Made by a program: the position numbers and the translations under genes. DNA of 36,791 bases from Chiloscyllium plagiosum. Lineage: Eukaryota. Positions 24,560-36,791 of this stretch are shown one piece after another; the stretch's first letter is position 1; each line of letters begins with the position of its first letter. Location of the stretch: assembly GCF_004010195.1 (NCBI RefSeq), contig NC_057759.1, forward strand, positions 1,976,705-2,013,495, in the 5' to 3' direction. Under the pieces are notes generated by a model, which searched no databases, was not told the origin of the DNA, and saw nothing but the letters and a program-made list of their open reading frames with translations.

Positions 24560-27500
24560 GGCACAGACAGACGTCTCTCTGGCCGATAGCGTGAAATCAG
24601 AATAATGTGTTGCCTCCCTGGTGTCAGGATCAAGGATATCTCGGAGAGAGTGCAGGATATTCACAAAGGGGCGTACACATTGGAACTAACTACACAGGAA
24701 GGGAAAGGGATGAGATTCCGAAGGAAGAATAAGGAAGAGAGGCAAGAATTTAGAAAGGAGGTCCTCTCCGGTAGCAATATCTAGATTACTCCCGCTGCTA
24801 CGAGCGACTGAGGATAGGAATAGGATGATAGAGCAGAGGAATGCCCAACTCAGGAGCTGGTGCACATAGTGTGTTCAAATTTTTGGATCATTGGAATCTC
24901 TTCTGGGGAAGACATGACTTGTAGAAAAAGGATGGAATACACCTGAATTGGAAGGGGACTACTATATTGGCAGGAACATTTCCTTGAGTGACTGGGGAGG
25001 GGTTAAACTAGTAAGGTGAGGGTGTGGGGTGAGGTCAGTAGGAACCGGGGAGATAGTGAACAAAGATATCAATCTGAGGTTGGTAGTCGGTAAGTCAAAC
25101 ACCCAGGGCAGACAGGAACATAGCAGAGAATGAGGTTGGATTGATAACTTAAACTGCATTTATTTCAATGCAAGAGGCCTAACAGGGAAGGAGGATGATC
25201 TCAGGACATGGTTAGGAAAATGGGATTGGAATTGGGATATCATAGCACGAACAGAGACATGGTTTGGGGATGACACAACTGGCAGCTTAATGTTCCAGGA
25301 ATCAAATGTTATAGGAAGGATGGGGGGAGGGGTCAGCAAAGGAAATTGGGGAGTGACATGTTTGGTAAGAGATAAGATCACACCTTTACTGAGGGAGGAT
25401 ATTCCTGGGCTTATATCCATGGAAATTATTTGGATGGAAATGAGAAATAAGACAGGGTTTGATCACATTATTGGGATTGGACTGTAGACACTCTAACAGT
25501 CAGCAGGAAATTGAGAAACAAACTTGTCAGGAGATCCTAAATCTGCAGGAATAATGGTGTGGTCACAGTGAGGGATTTTAACATTCCAAACATAGATTAT
25601 GGCTGCCATATTGTTCATGGTTTAGACAGAAAGGAATTCCTGAAGTGTGTACAAGAAAAGTTTCTGATTCAGTATGTGAATGTATCGTCTAGACAAGGTG
25701 CAAATCTTGACCTACTCTTGTGATATAATGATCTTTCAGTAGGGGAGTACTTTGGGGCCAACCACCATAATTTTATTAGTTTTAAAACTCTGATGGAAAA
25801 GGATCGACCAAATCTAAAAGTTAAATTTCTAATTTGGAGGAAGGCCAATTTTGAGAGTATTGTGCAAAAACTTTCAAAAGTTGACTGAGGACAGATGTTC
25901 ACAGGCAAAGTGATGGCTGAAAAATGGAAGGCCTTCAAAAATGAGACAATGAGGGTACAGAGACAGTATGTTCCTGTTCATGTGAAAGGTATGACTGGTA
26001 GGTGTAGGAAATGCTGCATAAGAAAAGAAGTTGAGGTTTTGGTCTAAATAAGAAGGAAGCATATGTTAGTTAAATACAGCAGAGGTTGAGTGAATCCTTC
26101 TAAGAGTATAAAAGCAGTAGGGATATACTTAAGAAGGAAATGAGAAGAGCAAAAAAGGGACGTAACACTGCTTTGGCAAATAGTGTTAAGGAGAATTCAA
26201 ATAAATTTTATAAATACATGAAGGTCAAAATGGTAACCAGGGAAAGAAGAGGGCCCAGCAAAGATTAGCAAGGCAGCCTATGTGTGGAAGGGAAGGAAAA
26301 AGTGAGAGATACTAAGCGAGTGCTTACTGAGGAGAAGGAAATGGAAGATATAGAACGTGGGGAAACAAATAGTGACATCTTTAAAAATGTTCATAATACA
26401 GAGGAGGTGCTGCTGGATGATTTTAAACAGAAAAGGTGGATAAAGCACGAGCACCCGATCAGGTGGACCTGGAACATGATGATAAGCTAGGGAAGTGATT
26501 GTTGGGCCCCTTGCTGGAGATATTTGTATCATCCATCGTCACAGATGAAGTGCAAAAAGACTGGAGGCTGGATAATGTGGTGCCACTATTTAAGAAAGGT
26601 GGTAAGGAAAAGCCAGGGAACTATTGAACAGTGAGCATAACATCAACGGTAGGCAAACAGTTGAGGGAATTGTGAGAGACAGGATTACATCTTTCTGAAA
26701 GGCCAGGATTGATGAGGGGTAGTCAACATGGCTTTCTGCATGGGAAGTCATGTATCACTAACTCAACTGAGTTTTTTTGAATTGGTAAGGAAGAGGACTG
26801 ATGAGGGCAACGTGATGGATGTGATCTATAGGGCCTTCAGTAAGGCATTTGACAAAGCTCCCCATGGGAAATTCGTTCGCAAGATTGGATCACATGGAAT
26901 ACAGGGAGAACTAGCCATTTGGATACACAACTTGTTTGAAGGTAGAAGACAGAGGGTGGTGGTGGAGGGATGCTTTTCAGACTGGAGTCCTGTGACAAGT
27001 GATGTGCTACAAGGATCACTGCTGACTCCACTGCTTTTCATCATTTATATAAATGATTTTAGTTAAAAAAATGACAGAACACCAGGTTATATTCCAACAG
27101 GTTTATTTAGAAGTACAAACTTTCAGACTGCTGCTCCTCCATCAGGTGTCTGTACTTCCAAATAAACCTGTTGGACTATAACCCGGTGGAGTATCATTTT
27201 TAACTTTGACCACCCCAGTCCAGCACCGGCACCTCCACATTATTATGAATGATTTGGATGTGAGGTTGCAGGTATTGTTAGTAAGTTTGCAGATTACACA
27301 AAAATTGTAGGTGTACTAAACAGCAAAGAAGGCTACCTCAGAATACAGCAGAATCTCGATCAGATGGGCCACTGGACCCAGGAGTGGCATATTAAGTTCA
27401 ATTTAAATCAATATGAGGTGCTGCAATTTGGAAAGGCAAATCAGGCAGGACTTACACACTTAATATTAAGGTCCTGTGGAGTGTTCTTGAACAAACAGAC

Positions 27501-27700
27501 GTTGGAATGCAGGTTTGTTGTTGCTTGAACGTGGAGTTACAGTTAGATAGGATAGCAAAGAAGGCATTTGATATGTTTTCCTTTACTAATCAGAGCATTG
27601 AGTATGTGACTTAAGAGAACATGTTATGGGTGTACACTTTTGGAATATTATGTGCAATTCTGGCCTCTCTTCTATAAAAAGAATGTTGTGAAACTTGAAA
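24560..27700 (+). mobile_element. Long degenerate CR1 LINE including ORF1 esterase remnant
   Basis: CCLPGVRIKDISERVQDI...VHIGTN (SGNH-type ORF1), CIYFNAR (APE), VIYRAFSKAFDKAPH and LQGSLLTPLLFIIYIND (RT). Many stops and frameshifts. Confidence 0.88.
27060..27243. mobile_element. Penelope-like fold-back pLTR insert
   Basis: Inverted arms (CAACAGGTTTATTTAGAAGTACA / TGTACTTCCAAATAAACCTGTTG). TSD TATAAATGATTT (27048-27059) / TATGAATGATTT (27244-27255). Inserted directly after the YIND codons. Confidence 0.8.
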
Positions 27701-27869
27701 TGACTATTTAAGATAGTTTTTGGTCCAAAGAAAAGGCCTAGAATTTGGGAAGAAATATAGTGAAGCGGGAAGGCTGCAGACAGATCCAGATTCAGCAAAT
27801 GACTGTAAAAGGGGATTTAACTAACAAAGAACAAATGAAACAAAAGTAATGTTGTGGAAACCATTTAAA

Positions 27870-28530
27870 GAAAACTGCTAAAACACTAATAAATGTGTAA
27901 AGAGAGAAATGAACATAAATAGACTGGCAAAGAGGACCACATGCCACTTACAACATTAAAGAGGGGAGTTCAAAATGGGGAATGAAAATGTCTCAAAAAT
28001 CACTAACATACTATTTGTTCTCTGTTTACAAATGTTCACACAACTAACACAGTGATGATATTGGTGAGTTTAGTGAGAGGGAAGAACTGAACCAAATCAG
28101 TATTATTTGGGAAATGATGTTGGGACAGTGGATAGGATTGAAGGTTGGGAAACACCAGGCCTTGATTATCTACGTCCCAGAGTATTTAATGTAATGGGCT
28201 GAGTAATACTGGATGCAGTGATGGTCATGTTCCAAGATTCTATAAGCTCTGCAATAACTTACACAGATTGGGGGCTAGCTAGTGTAAGCAATCCAATGAA
28301 AAAGGGACATAGATATAAAATTGTGAACTATAGACCAGTCAGCCTCAGAGAAAAAAATCAAAATGAAAGCTTCAATTGTGAAGCATTTGACAAAACAGTA
28401 TTCAGGATCTGCTAGAATCAGCATGGACATAAAGGGCCTGTTCCAGTGCACACTGTTCTGTCTTCTAAGCTTGGCAAACTGACTGGCCATCTTTGAGGAT
28501 GTAAACAATAGAGCTGATGAGAGTGTAACA
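27870..28530 (+). mobile_element. Very old CR1 ORF2 fragment
   Basis: Remnants PGLDYLRPRV and NYRPVSL. Heavily decayed. Confidence 0.55.
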
Positions 28531-28603
28531 GCTACTGAGGAGAAAAACTACAACTAACTCCCTGGACACCGCAGCAAAGGCTGAAAGGAGGAGACATTCT
28601 GTC

Positions 28604-28953
28604 NNNNNNNNNNNNNNNNNNNNNNNNNNNNNNNNNNNNNNNNNNNNNNNNNNNNNNNNNNNNNNNNNNNNNNNNNNNNNNNNNNNNNNNNNNNNNNNNN
28701 NNNNNNNNNNNNNNNNNNNNNNNNNNNNNNNNNNNNNNNNNNNNNNNNNNNNNNNNNNNNNNNNNNNNNNNNNNNNNNNNNNNNNNNNNNNNNNNNNNNN
28801 NNNNNNNNNNNNNNNNNNNNNNNNNNNNNNNNNNNNNNNNNNNNNNNNNNNNNNNNNNNNNNNNNNNNNNNNNNNNNNNNNNNNNNNNNNNNNNNNNNNN
28901 NNNNNNNNNNNNNNNNNNNNNNNNNNNNNNNNNNNNNNNNNNNNNNNNNNNNN
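28604..28953. other. Assembly gap (350 N) hiding the H1 start and probably its promoter
   Basis: Run of N. Confidence 0.99.
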
Positions 28954-29545
28954 CCGGTCCCGGGTTGGGAGAGCTGATTCTGAAGGTTGTCGGAGATATC
29001 AAGGATCGCAAAGGGACGTCTCTGTCCGCTGTAAAGAAGGCGCTGGAGAGAAGCGGGATCGATGTGGGAAAGCGAAAGGCACAGATCAAGATGAGTATCA
29101 GGAGGTGCCTGGCGAACGGCTCCCTTGTTCTGGTCAAGGGCCAGGGCGTCTCCGGCTCCTTCAAACTCCCAAAGAATCCAGTCAAGGCAAAAACGGGAAA
29201 GAAGGCGGGAACGTCAGCGGCCGCCAAGAAACCGGCCGTGAAGAAATCACCGTCCAAGAAGGCGATAGCCAAGAAATCCCAGGCCAAGAAAGCGACAGTC
29301 AAGAAATCCCCAGCCAAGAAAGCGACAACCAAGAAATCCCCAGCCAAGAAAGCGAGCGGCAAGAAATCNNNNNNNNNNNNNNNNNNNNNNNNNNNNNNNN
29401 NNNNNNNNNNNNNNCAAAGAAACGGACTCCCGTGAAGAAGGTGAAAAAGGCCAAGGGCCCTAAAGCCCCCAAACCCCTCAGCAAACCGGCTAAAAGCAAG
29501 GCCAAGCCCAAAGCGAAAGTGATCAAGACAGCAGCAAAAAAATGA
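28954..29545 (+). CDS. H1: Linker histone H1 (5'-partial, internal gap 29369-29414)
   Basis: Winged-helix globular domain ELILKVV...DRKGTSLSAVKKAL...GSLVLVKGQGVSGSFKL, K/A/P-rich tail, TGA at 29543-29545 and a stem-loop downstream. The frame change falls within the N gap. Confidence 0.9.
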
Positions 29546-29581
29546 ACCCGTCAGTGTAATCTGTAACCATCTGAAACCAAA

Positions 29582-29622
29582 GGCTCTTATCAGAGCCACC
29601 CACATCTCTCAGGAAAGAGCTG
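29582..29622 (+). promoter_or_regulatory. Histone stem-loop (TATC loop) and U7 downstream element of H1
   Basis: CCAAA-GGCTCT-TATC-AGAGCC-ACCCA, then GGAAAGAGCTG at 29612-29622. Confidence 0.92.
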
Positions 29623-30001
29623 AGCCCGGATCAAATGTTCCCCGTCCCGACGCATGAGCGCAGACCTACCTTAAATATTAATTGATCTGAATAGCTCAAA
29701 TACACACAGGTCTCCGCTCTCGTAAACCATAGCATGTGAATGGGGAAGGTATCATATAGGGAGGGTTTATTGATATCCATCTGGTTGTTTCACTTCGTTA
29801 CTTATAACTACTGAGTGACACATTGTAGTATTTTTATTTCATTGACCCGTTCAGGAATGTTACTTTGTTCAGTTTTGATTCTGAGACCCTGCGGATGTTT
29901 TCATTGCGTGTTCCTTCCATCTGCCTGTTACAGACAGTTCAGGTAGCAATTCCACATTGCCTTCGGGGCTAATTACATTCTGGGGGTAATAAAAAATCCC
30001 A

Positions 30002-30298
30002 GGGGCGGCACGATGGCTCAGAGGTTAGCACTGCCGCCATACAGCGCCAGGGACGCCTGTGTGGAGTTTGCTCATTCTCCCCGTGCCTGCGTGGGTTTCC
30101 TCTGGCTGCTCCGGTTTCCTCCCACAGTCCAAAGATGTGCAGGTCAGGTGAATTGGCTGTGCTAAATTGCCCATAGTGTAAGGTGGATTAGTCAGGGGTA
30201 AATGTAGGGGAATTGGTTTGGGTGGGGTTGCTCTTCGGAGGGTCGGTGTGGACTTGTTGGGCCGAAGGGCCTGTCTCCACACTGTGGGTAATTTAATC
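30002..30298 (+). mobile_element. HE1-like V-SINE with the B-box region deleted
   Basis: GGGGCGGCACGATGGCTCAG head joins the core directly (GGGACGCCTGTGTGGAG). Tail GGGCCGAAGGGCCTGTCTCCACACTGT. Confidence 0.9.
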
Positions 30299-30594
30299 AT
30301 AAAGTGAGATTCTGTCCTTTTATTGCTTTTAAGTTGTTTAAATTGGCGGGGTTGTTTAGATTGATTCACGGCCGGCACAAGTTCGGTTGTTCAGTTTGTC
30401 TGGGCTGTTTTAAACCCCGCCTTTCCTCCTGCCTGTTACAGACAGATCAGGCAATGATCACGCCTCCTGTTCACGCTGACTGCTAACTAGGTTTTAAAGA
30501 GTTACTATAAAATATTAAATTTTATCTTAGTTGCGGACGGATGGCGTTTTTGCGTTTTAATGGTTACTTTAATCGCGAGGTTTGTGAGGGTGAA

Positions 30595-31242
<648 letters not shown>

Positions 31243-31293
31243 ACGGAGCATAGCCGGCCCTGCACACTCACCCCGAGAGAGAGAGTAAAACAC

Positions 31294-31333
31294 GGCTCTT
31301 TTCAGAGCCACTGAACCACCCAGAGAGAGCGGG
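31294..31333 (+). promoter_or_regulatory. Histone stem-loop and U7 downstream element of H3
   Basis: GGCTCTTTTCAGAGCC at 31294-31309 and CAGAGAGAGC at 31321-31330. Confidence 0.93.
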
Positions 31334-31420
31334 AAGCGATCGCAGTCGTTGGAATATGGTTTTGGATAATATTAAAGGGGGGCGGACCATGGCGTCAGTA
31401 ATGCAGTTCAGAAGAGTTAG

Positions 31421-33551
31421 CGTCATAGAGATGTACAGCATGGAAAAAGAGCCTCGGTCCAACCTGTCCATGCCGACCAGATATCCCAACCCAATCTAGT
31501 CCCATCTCCCAGCACCTGGCCCATATTCCTCCAATCCCTTCCTATTCATATACCCATCCAAATGCCTCTTAAATGTTGCAATTGTACCAGCCTCCACCAC
31601 ATCCTCTGGCAGCTCATTTATTACACGTAACACCCTCTGCATGAAAAAAGTTGCCCCTTAGGTCTCTTTCCCCTCTCACCCTCAACCAATGTCCTCTAGT
31701 TCTGGACTCCCCGACCCCAGGGAAAAGACTTTACCTATTTATCCTATCCATGTCCCTCATAATTTTGCAAAGCTCTATAAGGTCAGTCCTCGATGCTCCA
31801 GGGTAAACAGCCCCAGCCTGTTCAGCCTCCCCCTGTAGCTCAGATCCTCCAACCCTGCCAACATCCTTGCAAATTTTCTCTGAACCTTTCATGTTTCACA
31901 TCTTTCCGATAGGAGGGAGACCAGAATTGCACGCAATATTCCAACAGTGGCCTGACCAATGTCCTGTACAGCTGCAACATGAGCTCCCAACTCCTATACT
32001 CAATACTCTGACCAATAAAGGAAAGCATACCAAACGCCTTCTTCGCTATCCTATCTACCTGCGATTCCACTTTCAAGGAGCTATGAACCTGCAATCCAAG
32101 GTCTCTGTTCAGCAACACACCCTAGGACCTTACCATTCAGCTAAGATTTGCTTTCCCAAAATGCAGCACCTCACATTTATCTGAAGTAAACTCCATCAAC
32201 CACTTCTCAGCCCATTGGCCCATCTGGTCCAGATCCTGTTCTAATCTGAGGTAACCCTCTTTGCTGTCCACTACACCTCCAATTTTGGCGTCATCTGCAA
32301 ACTTACTAACTGTACTACTTATGCTCTCATCCAAATCATTTATGTAAATGACAAAAAGTAGAGGGCCCAGCACCGATCCTTGTGGCACTTCACTGGTCAC
32401 AGGCCTCCAGTCTGAAAAACAACCCTCCACCACCACCCTCTGTCTTCTACCTTTGAGCCAGTTCTGTATCCAAGTGACTAGTTCTCCCTGTATTCCATGA
32501 GATGTAATCTTGCTTTTTGCAAGGTTTGTGAAGGTGTGTAGCTCAGGTTGAGGATGTAGGTTTGCTCGCTGAGCTGTAGGTTTGATATCCAGACGTTTCA
32601 TTACCTGGCTAGGTAACACCATCAGTGACGAACTCCAAGTGAAGCGAAGCTGTTGTCTCCTGCTTCCGATTTATATCTTTCTCCTGGGTGGGGTTCCTGG
32701 GGTTTGTAGTGATGTCATTTCCTGTTCATTTTCTGAGGGGTTGATAGATGGCAGCGAGATCTATGCATTTGTTTATGGCGTTGTGGTTGGAGTGCCAGGC
32801 CTCTAGGAATTCTCTGGCATGTCTTTGCTTAGTCTGTCCCAGGATAGATGTGTTGTCCCAGTCGAAATGGTGTTTTTTTCTTCATACGTGTGTAGGGCTA
32901 CAAGGGAGAGAGGGCCGTGTTTTTTTTGTGGCTAGCTGGTGTTTGTGTATCCTGGTGGCTAACTTTCTTCCTGTTTTTCCTACGTAGTGCTTGTGGCAGT
33001 CCTTGCATGGAATTTTGTAGATGACGTTGGTTTTGTCCATGGGTTGTACTGGGTCTTTTAAGTTTGTTCGTTTTTGTTTGAGTGTTGGTGGGTTTGTGTG
33101 CTACTAGGATTCCGAGGGGTCTTCGGATTCCCTACAACAACTTGCCCACCACTGAGGTCAGGCTCACCAGTCTACACTTACCTGGCTTGCCTTTCCCGCC
33201 CTTCTTAAACAGTGGCACCACCTTTGCCAACCTCCAGTCTTCTGGCACCTCATCTGTAACTATCGACGATACAAATATCTCAGCAAGAGGCCCAGAAATC
33301 ACTTCTCTAGCTTCCCACAGAGTTCTTGGGTACACCTGATCAGGTCCTGGGGATTTATCCACTTTTAACCATTTCAAGACATCCAACACTTCCTACTCTG
33401 TAATCTGGACATTTTGCAAGATGTCACCATCTATTTCCCGACAGTCTATATCTTCCATATCCTTTTCCACAGTAAATACTGATGCAAAATATTCATTTAG
33501 TATTTCCCCCATTTTCTGTGGCTCCATAAAAAGGCCGCCTTGCTGATCTTT
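31421..33551 (-). mobile_element. 5'-truncated CR1 (HER1-like) LINE with 7-bp TSD
   Basis: Minus-strand RT peptides VPQGSVLGPLLFVIYINDLD...KFADDAK and DKSPGPDQVYPR. GAGTTAG at 31414-31420 and 33552-33558. Confidence 0.93.
32515..33126 (-). mobile_element. Penelope-like (Poseidon-type) element: GIY-YIG endonuclease + pLTR
   Basis: Minus strand translates NVIYKIPCKDCHKHYVGKTGRKLATRIHKH...HFDWDNTSILG...REFLEAWHS...AINK, with a frameshift. Hammerhead-like core at 32592-32625. Confidence 0.88.
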
Positions 33552-33969
33552 GAGTTAGTTGAAGACACAGATCGCACAAGCGGCAGTGACTAGAATATAC
33601 GGTGCTGTGAATGTTATGTAATTTTCACATGCTTCATTATAGTAGTGCAGTATTAATTCCGGATTAAATCCTCTCTCTCCTCACTGTCTCCCTTGGTGTT
33701 CCCACCAGCTGTAACTACATCATCATTGCTGAGAAAGCTGGCGCGGAAACATGGCGCCAAATCATCTGTAAGAAAAGGAGCACTTCTTTTGTTTCCTAGT
33801 GGTGACACTCAGGGCTCACACCCCAACCGGGGCTTGTCGCTCCCAGAATAATAAAATATTAGAGAGTGACTTGAGCAAATAGCAGCAAACAGAAAGAAAA
33901 AAAAAATCACCGGTGTTTAACATGCTCCCGAGAGGCAGGGAGAAGAGAGGGCACATTCTCTACTCTTGA

Positions 33970-34520
33970 AGCACGCGCCAAATCATCAACACCTTTCCTT
34001 CCAATTTGAAAAGCCCGCCATTTCACAAATAACGGAGTACGTTTTACATAGAAAAATGATGTATAAAAAAGGAGAACCTTGATCAGAGGGGAATTCATCA
34101 ATACTTGTTCATTAGGTTATAAATATATACTTTAGACAATCTCTCTCGCTCATCCATTTGCCTAACTGCATCTATCTCTTTCTACATTTTTCTCTTTTCT
34201 GGACCTGAAGAACTGGCAGAAACAAAAGCAAGCGCCAAGAACTGCAATCTGCAATTAATCTCTTCATTTCACATTTTGAAAGCACTCCGATATGTTGATT
34301 AAACAGTACAGAACGTTCTTCTGGCTGAGCTCAATAATCGTCTTTAGACAATATTTTAATGTCGCCCAGCCTTTTTGCACTAGTTCTGACATCAGCAAAA
34401 GCTCCACATTTGCCATCCCAGTCCTGCAGCTGCTCTGGTTTGATCTCGGTTCATTTTGATAATCTCTCACTGACAGCAGAAAGCCTCATTTACCGTAATT
34501 TGAAATCGGAGAAAACAACG
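33970..34520 (+). repeat. Diverged duplicate of the H2A-upstream spacer 3369-3890
   Basis: Collinear anchors GCGCCAAATCAT, CAATTTGAAAA.CCCGCCA, TTCACATTT, TTTAGAC.ATATTTTAA, GACAGCAGAAAG and AAATCGGA. Confidence 0.75.
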
Positions 34521-34689
34521 CCAGAGACCCAGGTTCGAGTCTACTTAGATATAGAACTTAAGGCATGGACCGCCAATCGTAAGATGCATCTGCTCCTAGT
34601 ACTCAAAGACGGAGACACGTTTCTTTTTGGTTTGCCTGGGGAGATATTCACCGTTCATATCCCACCGTGAATGGTGGCTCGGGAACTGA

Positions 34690-35010
34690 CATTTGAAGTG
34701 CTCATCCAAATACTTTTTAAAGGTTAAGGTTTCTGGCCTCCACCACCTTCGCATGCAGTGTCTTCCAGATTTCTACCATTTGCTGAGTGAAAAGATTTTT
34801 CTGAAATTCCCTCAATATCTTTACATCTAACCCTTCACCATAGCGAGAATCCTTACCCTCACCATATCATTACCTAAGCACCACTTGTGATTGCTCGCTC
34901 AAACAAGGGAAACAGCTTCTCTCTATTCACCCTGTCCCACACGCCTCATAAATCGTTTATACTTCAATCATGTGTTCCACCGCAGTCATCTCTGCTCGAG
35001 AGAAAACATT
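34690..35010 (-). mobile_element. Old CR1 3' fragment
   Basis: CCTCCACCACC...CTCTATTCACCCTGTCC...CCTCATAA...CTCTGCTC.AGAGAAAACA resembles 31550-31810. Confidence 0.6.
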
Positions 35011-35119
35011 CCTTTTTTTTGGAAGTAATATTTGTACTTTAATCCCAATCCCCAATATTGCGCTGGATTTATCACCGCTGCTGTCACAGTTTAATGTGAA
35101 TGATTTATTCCTGCATCCT

Positions 35120-35376
35120 TAGGCGCATGCGCGATGCTGCCCTTCCTCCAAAGCAGGCGTTCCTGAGTAGATGAGCGCATGCGTGAGTCCCTCCCCCAGC
35201 GCTGCCATTGAAGAGCATTCACTCAGTGAATGCAAGAGGTTTGTTTGAAACAGACCGCAATGGAGGGATCAGCGCCCAGGGAAGCGAGGGAACAGCAGGC
35301 TCCTTCCAGCAGCACATCGGGATGGGAGCCTGGGACACAGAGGGGGCTCCGAGACCGGGATTGATTCGGGGTGAGT
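35120..35376 (+). promoter_or_regulatory. CpG-rich promoter with NRF1 sites and putative first exon
   Basis: GCGCATGCGC at 35123-35132 and GCGCATGCGT at 35176-35185, local CpG enrichment and donor-like GGG|GTGAGT at 35370/35371. Confidence 0.6.
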
Positions 35377-35918
35377 TCGGGGAGAACCGGGGGCTGTTTG
35401 TAAGAGGCCGAGCGGAGCAGGAACTGGTCCCGGAACTTGGAGTGAGCGGGCTGGGGGGAAGAGAGAGGCCTTTCTCGGGCTGTGTGTGGGCCTGCTGAGG
35501 GAGGCAGAGCGGGAGGAAGCTGCTGTGGGACATTCTTGTGGTTTTTAATTCCCTAAATACGGATGGAAATTCATTGTTTGGCTTCTGTTTCCCGCTATTT
35601 GTTGCGAATAGACACTGAATTGTTGGGAAAAAAAGGAGTTATCTAAATGTGACAATAGTGCCCTTTGTTCTTCCTTCTACAATTAGTGTATTGGGAGCTG
35701 AATATTGAACTGGGTTATCATTCTACTTATGAAACTATGCAGATGTTGGTACCATAGTAAATTGTTTTAGAATTTTGTAAACAGAAAAACACTGGGAGGA
35801 GCTCAGTGCTAGAGCTTAGCCAGGCCTTGGTCTGTTCACCTTGCCCTGTTTCAAAACAAAGAATTATCATGATCATTACCTGAATGTGGCATTGATCAGT
35901 TGATGTCTTTCCCCTCAG

Positions 35919-36042
35919 CTGATGGTGATTTACAGGAGATATCTCTCTTGTCTTCCTCCAGGCAAATGATTGATGGACCAAGATAATGCACATTCCCTCA
36001 GTACAAAGACAAGTGTGACCAGCTGCTTCTAACAACTATCAG
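35919..36042 (+). other. Putative internal exon of an unidentified multicopy transcript
   Basis: Acceptor TCTTTCCCCTCAG| and donor CAG|GTATGT. Both are kept in the paralogue at 23033-23121 (minus). Confidence 0.45.
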
Positions 36043-36791
36043 GTATGTTACTGTTGTCAGATTGGAGAACGTCCTTTCCTCTGTCTGAATGGATTGAGTC
36101 AGACACACATTGAGCTCCTTTTTAAAATTGCCTTCATTCAAGCCAAGAGTCAAACACAACTGATGCAATATATTTTTTGATTTCTCCCTCTACTCAATGC
36201 ACAACAGCTCAGTTCCAATAAATGCCATGATGCTCAGTCAATTATTATTTGCAACATCAGAAGAGGGATAGAGTGTATCCTCTTAGGAAATAAACATTCA
36301 GGAACTGTATTAACTCCACCTGTAATGAAGGCAATTTTAAAGTTACAGTCAAGGTGAACAAACAGATCGTTCTGTTACATTGTTACAGCAAGGATTTCTG
36401 AAGATATAGGAGGAAACTTTGGCATTATCAGTACCTGAGAAGGACAAAATTAATCTTTTGATAAATAGAAGTCCTATGTGAAAGGCACAACTAAACAGTG
36501 TAAATTCCAAATGAACCTCTGAGCCATAGCCTGATGTATACACAACCACCATCTCCAACCCACCCTCTTATGTGTGCTTGCATACATATGCACACACACC
36601 AGTCTCTCACACACAGCTACTGACTGATTTACAATTGTGACAAATTTGTATGCCATCCTGAAATACTCATTCCAACATTTAAAAGTAATGAAAATCCATA
36701 TACACCGCAACTAGCAGAAAACATTTCAAACTGATTTCTACTCTCAGATCTCAAGTCAAAGAAATTTACAGCACAGAATAAGTCTCTTCAA

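Noticed and set aside
29369..29414. H1 frameshift
   Set aside because: The frame change lies within an N gap of estimated length in a tandem repeat.

Overview
Eukaryotic (vertebrate) genomic DNA, most likely a shark. This is inferred from HE1/V-SINE-type SINEs, HER1-like CR1 LINEs and the Penelope families seen. The window is a repeat-dense piece of a dispersed replication-dependent histone cluster. It holds a frameshifted H3 copy (101-483 +), an H2A carrying V43G behind a tandemly duplicated promoter (2644-3033 -), a divergent H1 cut by two assembly gaps (28954-29545 +) and an intact H3.2 (30832-31242 +). All four have a 3' stem-loop and a purine-rich U7 downstream element. No H2B or H4 is visible. 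The spacer contains at least six decayed CR1 LINE pieces, four HE1-like SINEs (one split by a 660-bp solo LTR with a 4-bp TSD), a Rex1/Babar 3' end and an old ~48-49-bp satellite. It also has many Penelope-like remnants: two GIY-YIG fragments, a 444-bp tandem and three fold-back pLTR inserts with 12-14-bp TSDs, most carrying degenerate minimal hammerhead cores. A CpG-rich promoter with NRF1 sites near 35.1 kb starts an unidentified, apparently spliced unit that has diverged paralogues at 22.5-23.7 kb and 17.6-17.8 kb. All calls were made by eye, without searches. Nothing here proves a new system. The best leads are the multicopy spliced unit, the H3-tail-only allele, the hammerhead fold-backs and the conserved E2F/CHR-like spacer module.
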